A stretch of 64,000 nt of DNA from Escherichia phage vB_EcoM_EC001. The translations under genes were made by a program, and so were the position numbers. Shown one piece after another: positions 1 through 9,394 of this stretch. Where the stretch lies: the sequence record MN445185.1. One strand, written 5' to 3'. Every line of letters starts with the position of its first letter. The first letter of the stretch is position 1. A model generated the notes under the pieces. It worked only from the letters and a program-made list of their open reading frames with translations, did not search any database and was not told the origin of the DNA.

Positions 1-984
1 TATTAAGATCTTAAAACGCGTGCGGGCGCGCGCGTGATCCTTATTAAGAGATCGTGATCGGACGGAAGACCGAGATCGGGTACCCTGTGTATTTTTTACG
101 TGGTTTCCCTATCGTGTGTTCAGACCACCACTCGATGTCCAAAAACCCATAGCTTCGGTGGTCGCCTCCCTGGTCGGTAGACTCTGACAAGTCGACCCAC
201 AACACCAACCCGTCCGGGGACGGATTTTTATTCCAACGACAAGCTCCACGAAAATCCCCGCAGAGGGACTCACTGCTGTGTGACTCACCGGCTCCTGGAC
301 GCCTACGCCTCGAGCCGGTAATTTTTTGATTACGTGAGTTTGTTGTTATATGCGAATAGCGATTGACCGCGCCAATGGTCCAATCACTTTTAAACCCTGC
401 ACGCTAGGGCTCCAAGTCCTGGGACTGATACCCAGGACGCTTTTTCGAAAATACCTACCGTGGTGTCTTCGACAAAGCGCAATCTAACACTGCGTGATTT
501 ATTATGTTCTGGAAAACTTTCGCCGTGGAACAGAACCGGTGAGCGTCGGCGGGGATTCCGACAATCACCACCCATTCAGGTACTCGGTAGATAACCGACC
601 TGCCGACGGTGCTACGTCGGGCGTAGTTCGGTTTGCGAGAGTGTCGAGAAAGTCGACTGCGCACCCATGACAAAATCCGAGTTGACCGTGGCAGCGCCAG
701 AGGACTGGGCAGCGGAGAGACGTCGTTGAACTTACCTCCGATAGTTATCGCTGATTCCGCTCTGGCGTCGGGCCAAAACTGATTCGAATTCGGCGTTGCG
801 TCGAAAAGGGGTCTGCGTGTAGAACCGCAGACTTGGGGGATAACTCCAAAGTGGGGTGATCGGATCTTGACGGCTCGGAACAGACGAGAGGGGTGGGTAC
901 TCCCGTTGTGAAACGCCAGTACCTGGCTGATTAAAATTTACAGATTCTGCGTGAGGTATGATAAACCAAACGGAGAATTAAACC

Positions 985-1560
985 ATGAACTTGTATCGCA
1001 TCGGGTTTTACCGGAACGAGGTACCAGAATCGGTTTTGGTTGTCTTAGCCGAAAACGAGGAGCAGGCCAAATCCTTCTGGCCGGTTAGCGCAGAGCGTAC
1101 AGCGGTTGCGTGCTGCTACGACGGTCCAGTTGCCGCAACGGATGTCGCTGCAGGCGTAGTCCTGAAGATGGGCCGATGGGAAGATTACTCCCATCCCGGT
1201 TTGGAGTTTGTTTCCGAACCTGCCAGACATTCCTGGGAATTTCCCTCAGGCAACACCGAGACGTATTTCGGATTTCAGGTTAAACAACCTTCGACGCTCA
1301 AACTGTACCTGGTGTACAGCGACGCCGCTACCGAAGACTACGTCGATTCCGGAATCATCGTCGGGGCAACAACCCCTGCTGCGGCATTCGCACATTGGGA
1401 CGGTGATAAACCCGGAATCGTTTCGGTCTGTGAGCTACCACTTGAAGCCGGTTTGGTTACGAACATCAAGTGTGAGCAAGGCCAGGAGCTGACTTGGATC
1501 CGCCAGGATTACCTGACGGAAACGACATTCGAGTACACACCGAGGAAGGTGACCCAATGA
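985..1560 (+). CDS. hypothetical protein (MNLY N-terminal family)
   Basis: 191-aa ORF; stop overlaps next start (ATGA). N-terminal about 35 aa resembles ORF 2283..2525 (MNLY...V.VV.A..EEQA). Confidence 0.5.
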   Translation: MNLYRIGFYRNEVPESVLVVLAENEEQAKSFWPVSAERTAVACCYDGPVAATDVAAGVVLKMGRWEDYSHPGLEFVSEPARHSWEFPSGNTETYFGFQVKQPSTLKLYLVYSDAATEDYVDSGIIVGATTPAAAFAHWDGDKPGIVSVCELPLEAGLVTNIKCEQGQELTWIRQDYLTETTFEYTPRKVTQ

Positions 1561-2048
1561 CGACGATAGCGTTCGACGGAAAAGTCTTAGCTGCTGACGG
1601 TCAGCTGACCCGCGGGTCGAATATCTGCAACCTGAACACCCAGAAGTTATTCATCTGCCCTTCTGACGAGGAATGGTGGATTACTGGTGAACGGATTGTG
1701 GCGTTCGGAGTAAGCGGTGACATCACAGGACAGTTGGCCCTGCTGGAAACGGTCCGCTTGAGACCCGGCTACAAGGGGTTAACACAAAGCTCGCAGTTAC
1801 CTGCGAAGATGGATTTTACTTTCCTGATGCTTTTGGCCTCAGGAAAAGCGATAGTCGGCGGAAAACGTGAAGACGACGTGACGTTGTGGTGGAGTGAAGC
1901 CACACCACCTCTGGCAACCGGAAGCGGTTACGAGTATGCGTTGGGTGCGATGAAGATGGGCGCGAATGCGGTTCGTGCTGTTGAGATTGCGTCCGAATGC
2001 GATATCTACACCGGTGGTGAGATTAGCACTTACGAACTACGGAGGTGA
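1557..2048 (+). CDS. HslV-like Ntn-hydrolase (proteasome-type threonine peptidase)
   Basis: Internal ATG with AGGAAGG RBS. Product starts M-TTIAFDGKVLAADGQ (Thr right after Met as in HslV TTIV..GDGQ); Lys about 30 residues in; GSGYEYALGA resembles the HslV GSGG..A motif. Confidence 0.6.
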   Translation: MTTIAFDGKVLAADGQLTRGSNICNLNTQKLFICPSDEEWWITGERIVAFGVSGDITGQLALLETVRLRPGYKGLTQSSQLPAKMDFTFLMLLASGKAIVGGKREDDVTLWWSEATPPLATGSGYEYALGAMKMGANAVRAVEIASECDIYTGGEISTYELRR

Positions 2049-2140
2049 ATCATGCGGGAGTCAGAAGCACGCAAGCTTGACCCCATCAATCGCCTGCGAT
2101 AACGGGGTAGCGCATCCGTATAAACACGTTCAAGAATTCT

Positions 2141-2216
2141 AGGAAAGTGACGCAATTGGTAGCGTACCGGTCTCCAAAACCGGCTGTTTAGAGTTCGAGT
2201 CTCTACTTTCCTGCCA
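2141..2216 (+). tRNA. tRNA-Trp (anticodon CCA), CCA end encoded
   Basis: Hand-folded 76-nt cloverleaf: acceptor aggaaag/ctttcct 7 bp, D stem acgc/gcgt, anticodon stem ccggt/accgg with loop ctCCAaa, T stem tagag/ctcta, T loop ttcgagt, discriminator g, CCA. Anticodon and T arms closely match E. coli tRNA-Trp. Confidence 0.8.
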
Positions 2217-2282
2217 CATTTAGCCAACAAGGCCATGATTCAAAGCAGAATGACACCGAATGTCTAACTGCGGAGAATAATC

Positions 2283-2525
2283 ATGAACTTGTATTTGCTA
2301 GAACGAACTGACGATATCGGGTATGATGAATTTGATTCCATAATCGTGGCGGCTCCTACGGAGCAAGCCGCGTGTGCAATTCCTCCCGACCGTGGTCATT
2401 GGATGGACTGCCGCTGGTTACCGAAAGAGCGCTGGGATGAAGGGCTTACCCTGACCGTTACTCTTATCGGTACTACGCACTATCCTGCTGGGACCGTCGT
2501 TCATGAATCGTTCAATGCTGGCTAA
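2283..2525 (+). CDS. hypothetical small protein (MNLY N-terminal family)
   Basis: 80-aa ORF starting MNLYLLERTDD; N-terminus similar to ORF 985..1560; followed by hairpin gtgggcttcggcccac. Confidence 0.4.
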   Translation: MNLYLLERTDDIGYDEFDSIIVAAPTEQAACAIPPDRGHWMDCRWLPKERWDEGLTLTVTLIGTTHYPAGTVVHESFNAG

Positions 2526-3300
2526 ACAGTGGGCTTCGGCCCACTAACCCTATTCGAGCCGTGATACTTACTCAGATTGTGCGGGTTGATGTCCCGCATG
2601 AGCCGGTAGCAGCTCAGACCTACGGTAGACCAATAAATCCGTAGCAGCCAGGTACACAAAGCACCAGGTCGCTTGTACAGGATGCTGGGTATCTGACCGG
2701 TCATAACCTCATTCGATACGAGACACGTTTATGCATGAAATACTCCAGTACATCAGGATGTTGATTTCCAACATCCGGTTCTGGGTATTCAGTCATGTTT
2801 GGTTTACAGGCGATGGGTTTTCCCGTAAGGGCCCCACTTACAGACTGGCGTCTCCACGACAACCGTCCCTAGGGGACAGGCAAGCACCGGCCCATTAAGC
2901 CGCTACGCTACGCCTGTAAATCCACAATCTGATAACCGAATGGGATTGAGTTCCCAGTGTTAGGGTGACTGTGTGTCACCGTAGGCGCGGTACCTCATAC
3001 GGCCGGTACGCCACGAATGTACGTGATAGCGGGTGGTGCTTGGAGACGCTAAGACCTGACCTTACGGACAGGCTCAGAAGAAGAAGTCCATCACCTGTAT
3101 TCAGAAATGAATTTAGGTTAATTATTGGAAGTGGCGAAATCACTTACGTGATAACTTAGTAGTATGCAACGAACAATACCAGAGTGACTTTACGAGGTTA
3201 CTGTGGTATATGTCGGTGCGCCGGGCAACGTGTTGCCGCAGATAAGCCCGAGGGAGCTGAGTGCACTAACACACGCCGGGATGCACCGGCACCTTACAAC

Positions 3301-3373
3301 GGCTTTGTAGCTCAGGTAGGTAGAGCAGCCTCTTCGAGGAAGGTCGCTGGTTCGAGACCGGTCAAAGCAAGAG
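3301..3373 (+). tRNA. tRNA-like element, possibly a degenerate tRNA or pseudogene (anticodon arm does not fold canonically)
   Basis: Canonical D arm gtagctcaggtaggtagagc and T arm gctgg-ttcgaga-ccggt, acceptor 6 of 7 bp, but only 19 nt between D and T arms so no standard anticodon stem-loop. Confidence 0.35.
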
Positions 3374-3828
3374 CAGCGAAGTTAGAGGAATTAACACCCG
3401 ACTCATAATCGGATATTTCGACGGTTCGAATCCCTGCCACTTGCTCGCCCTATTTGTGTTATCCTTATCCCGAAGGCATTCGAAATAAGACGCGTATCCA
3501 CACACGGGTCAAGGATAACACGAACCACTTCCGCGGTCACCGTGTCCATTGCCGCCTACCTGCATGGGCTGTCCTCCGACACGGTGACTTCGGGCCAAAT
3601 TACAGACCAGGGCCGTTTGGGTTTTTCTTACGCATCCGTCCAGAGCCACCTCGAGCCCTGGTTTGTTCTCCCTTTTCTGTTCCTAGTTAGCCAACTAAAT
3701 CAATTAAGCCTGGTGCGTTGCCCTGGGAACAGAAAAACTTATTCGGTTACACACCGAACCCACCCACGAGGGATATGTCGTGGACTACCAATAGAAGCAG
3801 CAATAGTAGAAGTAAGAAGGAAAGCAAC

Positions 3829-4650
3829 ATGTTTACAGTTAAACGTGTGATTGATGGTGACCGCATTATTACCGAACATGAAAAAGTTCGTATCGGTGAC
3901 CGTAAGTCTCGTGTATTCCGCGAGGCATTAAAAATGCTCGAGAACGAGCGATTCGACATTGTTGTCGATGATGAAAAGTTAGCCCTTAATCCGGGGTTAA
4001 AACGCGTTGCCCCTGATGTGCCTGATCCGAACACCATGCATTTGTCTGACTACTGCAGCTGGTCGCACAGATTATATAAAAGTCAGGTTTATGCACACAC
4101 GTATTTGCGGCAGCTTTTCCCCAACCTTATTATCCCCGATTTGGAAACGGTCGAGGTGTTTAACTGCAACGCACGCGAGTTTATTAGCTACGTGCTAGAT
4201 AATAAGGGCAATGCTATCTTGGTACTGGACACAAGTTCCAGTATACCTGATGCTGTGGCTAGCATACGTGGTGAAATCATCGGTTACGGTACTCCCCCAG
4301 AGAAATTAGGCTGGTACAAACCATCTCCTGATAGCGACATGGCGATCATTGTCTACACTCAGGAAGAACTGCAACAAGTCGAATTAGAGCCTGGCCCATC
4401 TATCGAGTTCACTGATGTCCAGGAGCAGTCGCAGTGGATTAACGGTGAGTCTGTTGTTACTGTTTTAAAAGGCGCTCGCCCTGGCGACCGGTCAGTCGAT
4501 GAACTGATTGGCGCAATGTGCATCGAAGAAGAATCTGGATACGATCCTGATAACCAGATCAGTACCGGTGCGTTGTACGAACTGTTTTATAAAGGCGACG
4601 AAGTCTACGTGGTTAACTCTCACGGTAAGACTACCGACGCCCTTCGCTGA
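3829..4650 (+). CDS. hypothetical protein
   Basis: Internal ATG of track ORF 3718..4650 with AAGGAAAG RBS; 274 aa; followed by terminator. Confidence 0.6.
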   Translation: MFTVKRVIDGDRIITEHEKVRIGDRKSRVFREALKMLENERFDIVVDDEKLALNPGLKRVAPDVPDPNTMHLSDYCSWSHRLYKSQVYAHTYLRQLFPNLIIPDLETVEVFNCNAREFISYVLDNKGNAILVLDTSSSIPDAVASIRGEIIGYGTPPEKLGWYKPSPDSDMAIIVYTQEELQQVELEPGPSIEFTDVQEQSQWINGESVVTVLKGARPGDRSVDELIGAMCIEEESGYDPDNQISTGALYELFYKGDEVYVVNSHGKTTDALR

Positions 4651-4740
4651 ATTAGCTAACGCCCAGTAGCTATGTTCCTGACGATTAGCCCTCGTCTGAC
4701 CTTGTAAGACCTTGTAGATTTACATGCCAACACCAGGGAA

Positions 4741-4784
4741 GTCCTCACTCTTCGGAGTGAGGACAACTCTTTTATTTTTTTTTG
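4741..4784 (+). terminator. intrinsic terminator (hairpin gtcctcactcttcggagtgaggac plus T-run)
   Basis: Perfect GC-rich stem with TTCG loop followed by a T-run. Confidence 0.6.
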
Positions 4785-4797
4785 TATTCCAAATATA

Positions 4798-4825
4798 CAC
4801 AGATAGATATTACCTAAGTGAGATG
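4798..4825. promoter_or_regulatory. conserved promoter-like motif copy 1 (cacAGATAGATATTACCTAAGTGAGATG)
   Basis: One of 7 dispersed copies; closest match to copy at 58724; sits about 50 nt upstream of ATG 4875. Confidence 0.45.
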
Positions 4826-4874
4826 AGAAAGCCTCATCTGAATTCTCCCAACTCGACTATAAAAGGTATGCATC

Positions 4875-5825
4875 ATGTACAGACCAAGTAATCCTAGCGC
4901 TATTGAAGGATTAAACCAGGATGGCTTCAGCCTCGCAGAAGCAACCCGCATTCGACCTTTCTTACCTCGCAGATTCTTCCCTTTCGGTTCGTTATACAGA
5001 ACGAATTTCGACGCTTGGGAAGCGATACGTGCTGTAAAAGATGCACTACAGTACAAGAACTTCGAATTCCGATTTGTTTTCAAATGGGGCAACGGCGAAT
5101 TGCTCCACCACTTCGGATTCCAACAGAACGAGTTCATTGAGTATACCTCACCTACGTACCACACCAGGTTCTTAAGTATCGAATTCGTTCGCCATTTCGG
5201 CGATGCACTCTTTACGGAACGGGCTACAGATGAAAACCACGGACGTAGGCTGATGTTAACGAACGGCGCACTGCGCATCAAGATGAATCGTTTACGGGAA
5301 GCGTATAACCAGCTTATCAATCCTGAACCGGTAATGTTTCCAACTGTAGCTGATTTGAACATTACACCGCTCCAGTTACCTGTGGATGTGGATAGACCGA
5401 TTCTGGCAATCCACGCTCTCCAGGCAGGCTATGCAAACTGGTATAAAGAGCACAGTCTCCCGAACACCAGATTGAACATCGCACCGTTTGAGTTATGCCT
5501 GTTCTTAACGTTACGCAAACAACTCGAGCCAGAAAACTTAGACTTGCGTTATCTGGCTAAAACAGATAGCGGTAGTTACTACCCAACGACCTGGATGCTA
5601 GCGGCTGTACTACCCGGCGGTGAAATTATCGGTAACCCTGTCACCGATGTTCAACAGTTACCATCACCGTTAGCACCACCGAAGGATTCAATCTATCCAT
5701 ACGCTTCGTGGTACGCGAGCAGTATTGGCGTGAGATGGTTAATGTTACACGTTCCTGAAGAGGTCTATAATTTATTCCCGCATGAGCAATGGCTCCGTGC
5801 GTATGAAAATCGGTTTGGTTGGTAG
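4875..5825 (+). CDS. hypothetical protein
   Basis: 316-aa ORF between promoter-like motif and terminator. Confidence 0.65.
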   Translation: MYRPSNPSAIEGLNQDGFSLAEATRIRPFLPRRFFPFGSLYRTNFDAWEAIRAVKDALQYKNFEFRFVFKWGNGELLHHFGFQQNEFIEYTSPTYHTRFLSIEFVRHFGDALFTERATDENHGRRLMLTNGALRIKMNRLREAYNQLINPEPVMFPTVADLNITPLQLPVDVDRPILAIHALQAGYANWYKEHSLPNTRLNIAPFELCLFLTLRKQLEPENLDLRYLAKTDSGSYYPTTWMLAAVLPGGEIIGNPVTDVQQLPSPLAPPKDSIYPYASWYASSIGVRWLMLHVPEEVYNLFPHEQWLRAYENRFGW

Positions 5826-5835
5826 TCGATGCTTT

Positions 5836-5870
5836 TGAGGGAACTTCGGTTCCCTCTTTTTTTTCTTTTT
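5836..5870 (+). terminator. intrinsic terminator (gagggaacttcggttccctc plus T-run)
   Basis: Stem-loop plus long T-run; followed by conserved TTTTTTCACG...TCTTATAG module also seen at 11855..11900. Confidence 0.55.
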
Positions 5871-5907
5871 TCACGACTGCCTCAGAATCTTATAGGAGGA
5901 AGTTACC

Positions 5908-6324
5908 ATGATTACGCAGTGCTATTACCAGACGCAAGATTTATTTAAAGCATTGGAAGAAAATAAGTTACCCACGACTTTAAGACCGCAGTGCAGTTAT
6001 TCAAGAATGCTTGCAAGTGAGGTCTTTCCGGTGCTAATGCAGTTGCCTCAATTCCAACCGTGGCTCGACTCGCTAGATGTGGTAGATGTTGTGGCTATCT
6101 ACACTGGGTCAGACACACCAACAATAAATACAAGCGAGTGTTTATCCCGTAGCGAATCGTCGGCGTTAAATGAAATGCCGCAGCTAATGCCTTCTTTATT
6201 CGATTCGATGTGCGCTGCAGTTATGCAGAAACGACTACCTTATGAGGAAGTATTCGCCATTGTGTTAGACAGCATCCACGCAATGAATTATAAACACTAT
6301 AAAACCCTCGGAACCTTACACTGA
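5908..6324 (+). CDS. hypothetical protein
   Basis: 138-aa ORF with GGAGGAAG RBS. Confidence 0.55.
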   Translation: MITQCYYQTQDLFKALEENKLPTTLRPQCSYSRMLASEVFPVLMQLPQFQPWLDSLDVVDVVAIYTGSDTPTINTSECLSRSESSALNEMPQLMPSLFDSMCAAVMQKRLPYEEVFAIVLDSIHAMNYKHYKTLGTLH

Positions 6325-6391
6325 CTTTTTTACGGCAGGCACCTATCTTGTAGGGAGTCTGTGCTGTAATAGATTCCAAAGGAGATGCTCG

Positions 6392-6781
6392 ATGAAAAAC
6401 AAACTGCGTCCGCTGGACGTGATTATGGCGCATCCGGATACCCTCAAGAAAATTAAAGTGGTCAACGAACTTGACCGTGGTCTCCTGGATACAATTCAAT
6501 GGGGTTTTACTTTCCACCCCGATGAAGAGAACAACACGCGTCAATTAGATGTCTGCGACGGTGTAGAAATTGATTGGTCTTCTAACGAAGGCTTCAACGA
6601 TGTCGTCGATTATGTCAAACAAGCCACCGTTCCACCTGTGTTTCCCGTAGCGGGTTTAGCGGAACACACAATTTCTCTCCGCCGACTGGTTAACGCTCAA
6701 CCGGAAATCGTGCGTGAAGGTGAGGCGTGGACGTCAGGTATTACCCATCATCTTAAGGATGTGCTGGGTGTTGCCGGTTAA
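6392..6781 (+). CDS. hypothetical protein
   Basis: 129-aa ORF, AAGGAGA RBS, ends at bidirectional terminator. Confidence 0.55.
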   Translation: MKNKLRPLDVIMAHPDTLKKIKVVNELDRGLLDTIQWGFTFHPDEENNTRQLDVCDGVEIDWSSNEGFNDVVDYVKQATVPPVFPVAGLAEHTISLRRLVNAQPEIVREGEAWTSGITHHLKDVLGVAG

Positions 6782-6833
6782 AAAAGAAGAAGTACCTCTA
6801 CTTGCGTAGAGGTACGGAATCTTTCTTTTTTTG
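6781..6833. terminator. bidirectional intrinsic terminator
   Basis: A-run, hairpin gtacctctac-ttgc-gtagaggtac, T-run, between convergent genes. Confidence 0.6.
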
Positions 6834-7646
6834 TTACGACTTGAAGCGTCCACCGTTCATGTAGTTCCAACGGTTTCCGATGTTGTCGTTGTGGACCAGA
6901 CAACGCTGCATTTTCGGCAAGGTGTCTTCGAACATTTGACCTGCGTCCGAGTAACCTTCAATAACGTTTCTGAAGGCACCGAACTCCATACCATTTTCCA
7001 GTTTACCAGAGTCCATGTCGAAGATCATGGTGTTGTAAATATATTGCTTAACAGCCATGACTGCCAGCTCACCTACAACCGGATAGAATGCTGGTTTGAT
7101 TTCGTTCATCTCCTGGGATAGTTCGTACTTCACCACGAGTTTGGTAGAGTAAACGAACATGCCTGGGTCTTTGATACGAATGGTATTCGGACCGAGCACT
7201 TCGACTTCTGGTGAGGCGATGCGCGGCATCGCGGATTGACTATCAACCACTTGTTGAGTGGACGCCAGTACGCCAGAGGTGGCACCGTCCAGATATGAAC
7301 CTGCTGGAGGCATGGTGTACGCCTGTCCGGCAACGGGTGTTACAGAAATGTGGGCATCCAGAATAGGACGACCGCCTGTTTTGATGTCGTCGAGATAATA
7401 CACGCGACTGAAATAATCTTGCGTGTCGTTATCCCAAGGGACACCTTGCAAATCTACTTCTTGATACTGCCCCATTCTCGAGATTTCAGGGACCAGAATC
7501 TCACGAATAACACGTTGTTGGATTTCGTTATCTACAGAGCTTGCAATTCCCAGTAACTTGAGGTTTTCTGGAACAAAAGCCGCCTGTAGAATCGGGGCAG
7601 GGATATGCTGTCTGATTTTACGCAGACAGTAGTCGATAACATTCAT
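6834..7646 (-). CDS. hypothetical protein
   Basis: Track ORF 6834..7676 begins with TTG; in-frame ATG at 7646 is preceded by AGGAG at correct spacing; 270 aa. Confidence 0.65.
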   Translation of the reverse strand: MNVIDYCLRKIRQHIPAPILQAAFVPENLKLLGIASSVDNEIQQRVIREILVPEISRMGQYQEVDLQGVPWDNDTQDYFSRVYYLDDIKTGGRPILDAHISVTPVAGQAYTMPPAGSYLDGATSGVLASTQQVVDSQSAMPRIASPEVEVLGPNTIRIKDPGMFVYSTKLVVKYELSQEMNEIKPAFYPVVGELAVMAVKQYIYNTMIFDMDSGKLENGMEFGAFRNVIEGYSDAGQMFEDTLPKMQRCLVHNDNIGNRWNYMNGGRFKS

Positions 7647-7809
7647 TCTAAGGCTCCTATGAAGCTCGTAGGACAACTCATACCATCGGGTAATGCTATC
7701 CCATTACCTGACATTAAAATACGTTTTACGACCTTTATGTGCGCACCATACTCGAAGAAATTTTGCATAGATATTATCTTCGTGAATTATCCTTAAGGAG
7801 CATTTCTCG

Positions 7810-8130
7810 ATGACGCGCATGTTCTTTAATTTCTCTCCAGGGACAAATGAACAGATTGTGCCTGCGGACATGTTACTGTGCGCGATACAAGAAGTTATTT
7901 ATCCCGGCACGCATGAGTTTCCACGTGAGTGGACACGCATTGCCGAAAGTTATTTTGGCACGGAAGCGTGGTTTGTTATTTCGGCGTTGGGCCGAAACCA
8001 TCGCTATCCCTTTCATTACAAAAATGGAGTTGTGCAAACGTGGTCAGAATATACCTCGAACCAGCTGCGGTTCATTCTAGCTTCTGGGGGCCTGTCGATG
8101 CTTCCCAGTACGCTACCGCTCTGCGGATGA
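7810..8130 (+). CDS. hypothetical protein
   Basis: 106-aa ORF with TAAGGAG RBS; stop overlaps next start. Confidence 0.5.
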   Translation: MTRMFFNFSPGTNEQIVPADMLLCAIQEVIYPGTHEFPREWTRIAESYFGTEAWFVISALGRNHRYPFHYKNGVVQTWSEYTSNQLRFILASGGLSMLPSTLPLCG

Positions 8131-8690
8131 GCCAAAAAGAACGCGAGATGTTAACTGTACAACTGTTACACACTGCGCTCGAAGATATCTTTTACTCCGT
8201 TCCGGAAATGCCTAATGCACGTATGGAACCTTTGCTGGAACCTTATACTGACGCTTTTAATCTCACGATGATGTTGGTGGCTGACCAGATCATACTTCCA
8301 CCGAAAACAGTTCCTGTGGAACGTACACACGTTTCCAGTGGCGGTTTGGGTGCCCCGGTTAATAAGACGAAAGAGACCGTAGCGATTTTACGTTCTACCG
8401 AATATCTTATCGGATTGGCATTCGAAGACTGTTACAACAGTTTCCTGGACAGTATCCATGCACTTGTGGAGAATGCTGTGAAGGCCGCCAAACACCCGTT
8501 TAATCGTTATGCGACGATTAAACTGGAACCACACATAACCCGTCGTGGGCAGGTGCAATCTCTGGAGTTACAAATTGGAGAAGACATCAGATTCATCCAC
8601 TACCGCCAATGCTTCCCAAACAAACGATATCGTCCGTCTGGTACTGATCGATCACATCGCCTCGACGGCATACGTCAGGATATTGAATGA
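8127..8690 (+). CDS. hypothetical protein
   Basis: Internal ATG (MSQKEREML) of track ORF 7929..8690; upstream part of that ORF is Cys/Trp-rich and overlaps 7810..8130, so judged non-coding. Confidence 0.5.
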   Translation: MSQKEREMLTVQLLHTALEDIFYSVPEMPNARMEPLLEPYTDAFNLTMMLVADQIILPPKTVPVERTHVSSGGLGAPVNKTKETVAILRSTEYLIGLAFEDCYNSFLDSIHALVENAVKAAKHPFNRYATIKLEPHITRRGQVQSLELQIGEDIRFIHYRQCFPNKRYRPSGTDRSHRLDGIRQDIE

Positions 8691-8703
8691 CCCCAGCGAC
8701 ATC

Positions 8704-9012
8704 ATGTTCAGCATGTATGATGTTAATACGGGGTTGAAGCATATCATTCTCTGTATGCTCGAATACATGATTCCGACATTTACAGAACACGGTACGTGGG
8801 ACGTAGAAACAGTCTCACTGATTGTTAGGTGTTATCGTCCCAGAAGTCATTCGCGGGAAATCCACACCATCGCGTCACACGTTCATCGTGCTATCTGTGA
8901 GGAAATGGGCATTCCTCCAAAAGGGTATCGGTATCATTATAATCAAGCAGACAGAATTCTCCGTTTCATTCCACGTAAGGTAACAGATGTCTATGATGAC
9001 GGTTTATACTGA
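8704..9012 (+). CDS. hypothetical protein (start uncertain)
   Basis: First ATG downstream of the stop of the preceding gene within track ORF 8545..9012; true start may be upstream non-ATG. Confidence 0.4.
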   Translation: MFSMYDVNTGLKHIILCMLEYMIPTFTEHGTWDVETVSLIVRCYRPRSHSREIHTIASHVHRAICEEMGIPPKGYRYHYNQADRILRFIPRKVTDVYDDGLY

Positions 9013-9394
9013 GTTCGTGCGATTGACTTGCCGACTCACCGCACTCGTCAAAGAGAATCTCGGCATCGATTACCAGGATGCTGCGGTAGAGCTTGACGAC
9101 TATATCGAGCAAATTGTTCGGTTGCATGTTCTGCGGAAAAAATATGGCGTTATCGATAGCATGATACGTCAGTTCTTTATGGAGTATGTTCACGATAACC
9201 CAATCATTACCCCAACCACGTCGGCAAAATACTGGGCTCTTTGTCGATTTGAGTTGTTGATACGGGACACCGATTGCATCTGGCAAGCAATCGACGAGGA
9301 CATGACTTTTTTACCACAATCCGACTTTCTCCTCTGGCATGTAGGAGACGGTGTCTGGAAAATGTTAACTACAGGGGTTACTTACAATGATTGA
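8987..9394 (+). CDS. hypothetical protein
   Basis: 135-aa ORF in tightly packed operon-like array. Confidence 0.5.
   Translation: MSMMTVYTEFVRLTCRLTALVKENLGIDYQDAAVELDDYIEQIVRLHVLRKKYGVIDSMIRQFFMEYVHDNPIITPTTSAKYWALCRFELLIRDTDCIWQAIDEDMTFLPQSDFLLWHVGDGVWKMLTTGVTYND

Noticed and set aside
3385-3448. Second tRNA-like candidate with CAT anticodon-like loop and GGTTCGAATCC
   Set aside because: Could not fold a cloverleaf (T stem and acceptor stem do not pair); possibly a decayed tRNA remnant.
3184-3850. Track ORFs 3184..3408, 3454..3690 and 3542..3850 in the tRNA-like region
   Set aside because: Overlap tRNA-like sequence and each other, Arg/Cys/His-rich translations, no RBS; region judged non-coding.
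3747-4037. Minus-strand ORF with poly-Leu run (LLLLLLLL)
   Set aside because: Antisense to gene 3829..4650; the poly-Leu is the reverse reading of a Lys/Glu-rich sense stretch.
7929-8126. N-terminal extension of track ORF 7929..8690
   Set aside because: Extension overlaps 7810..8130 in another frame and is Cys/Trp-rich; real start taken as ATG 8127 overlapping the upstream stop.
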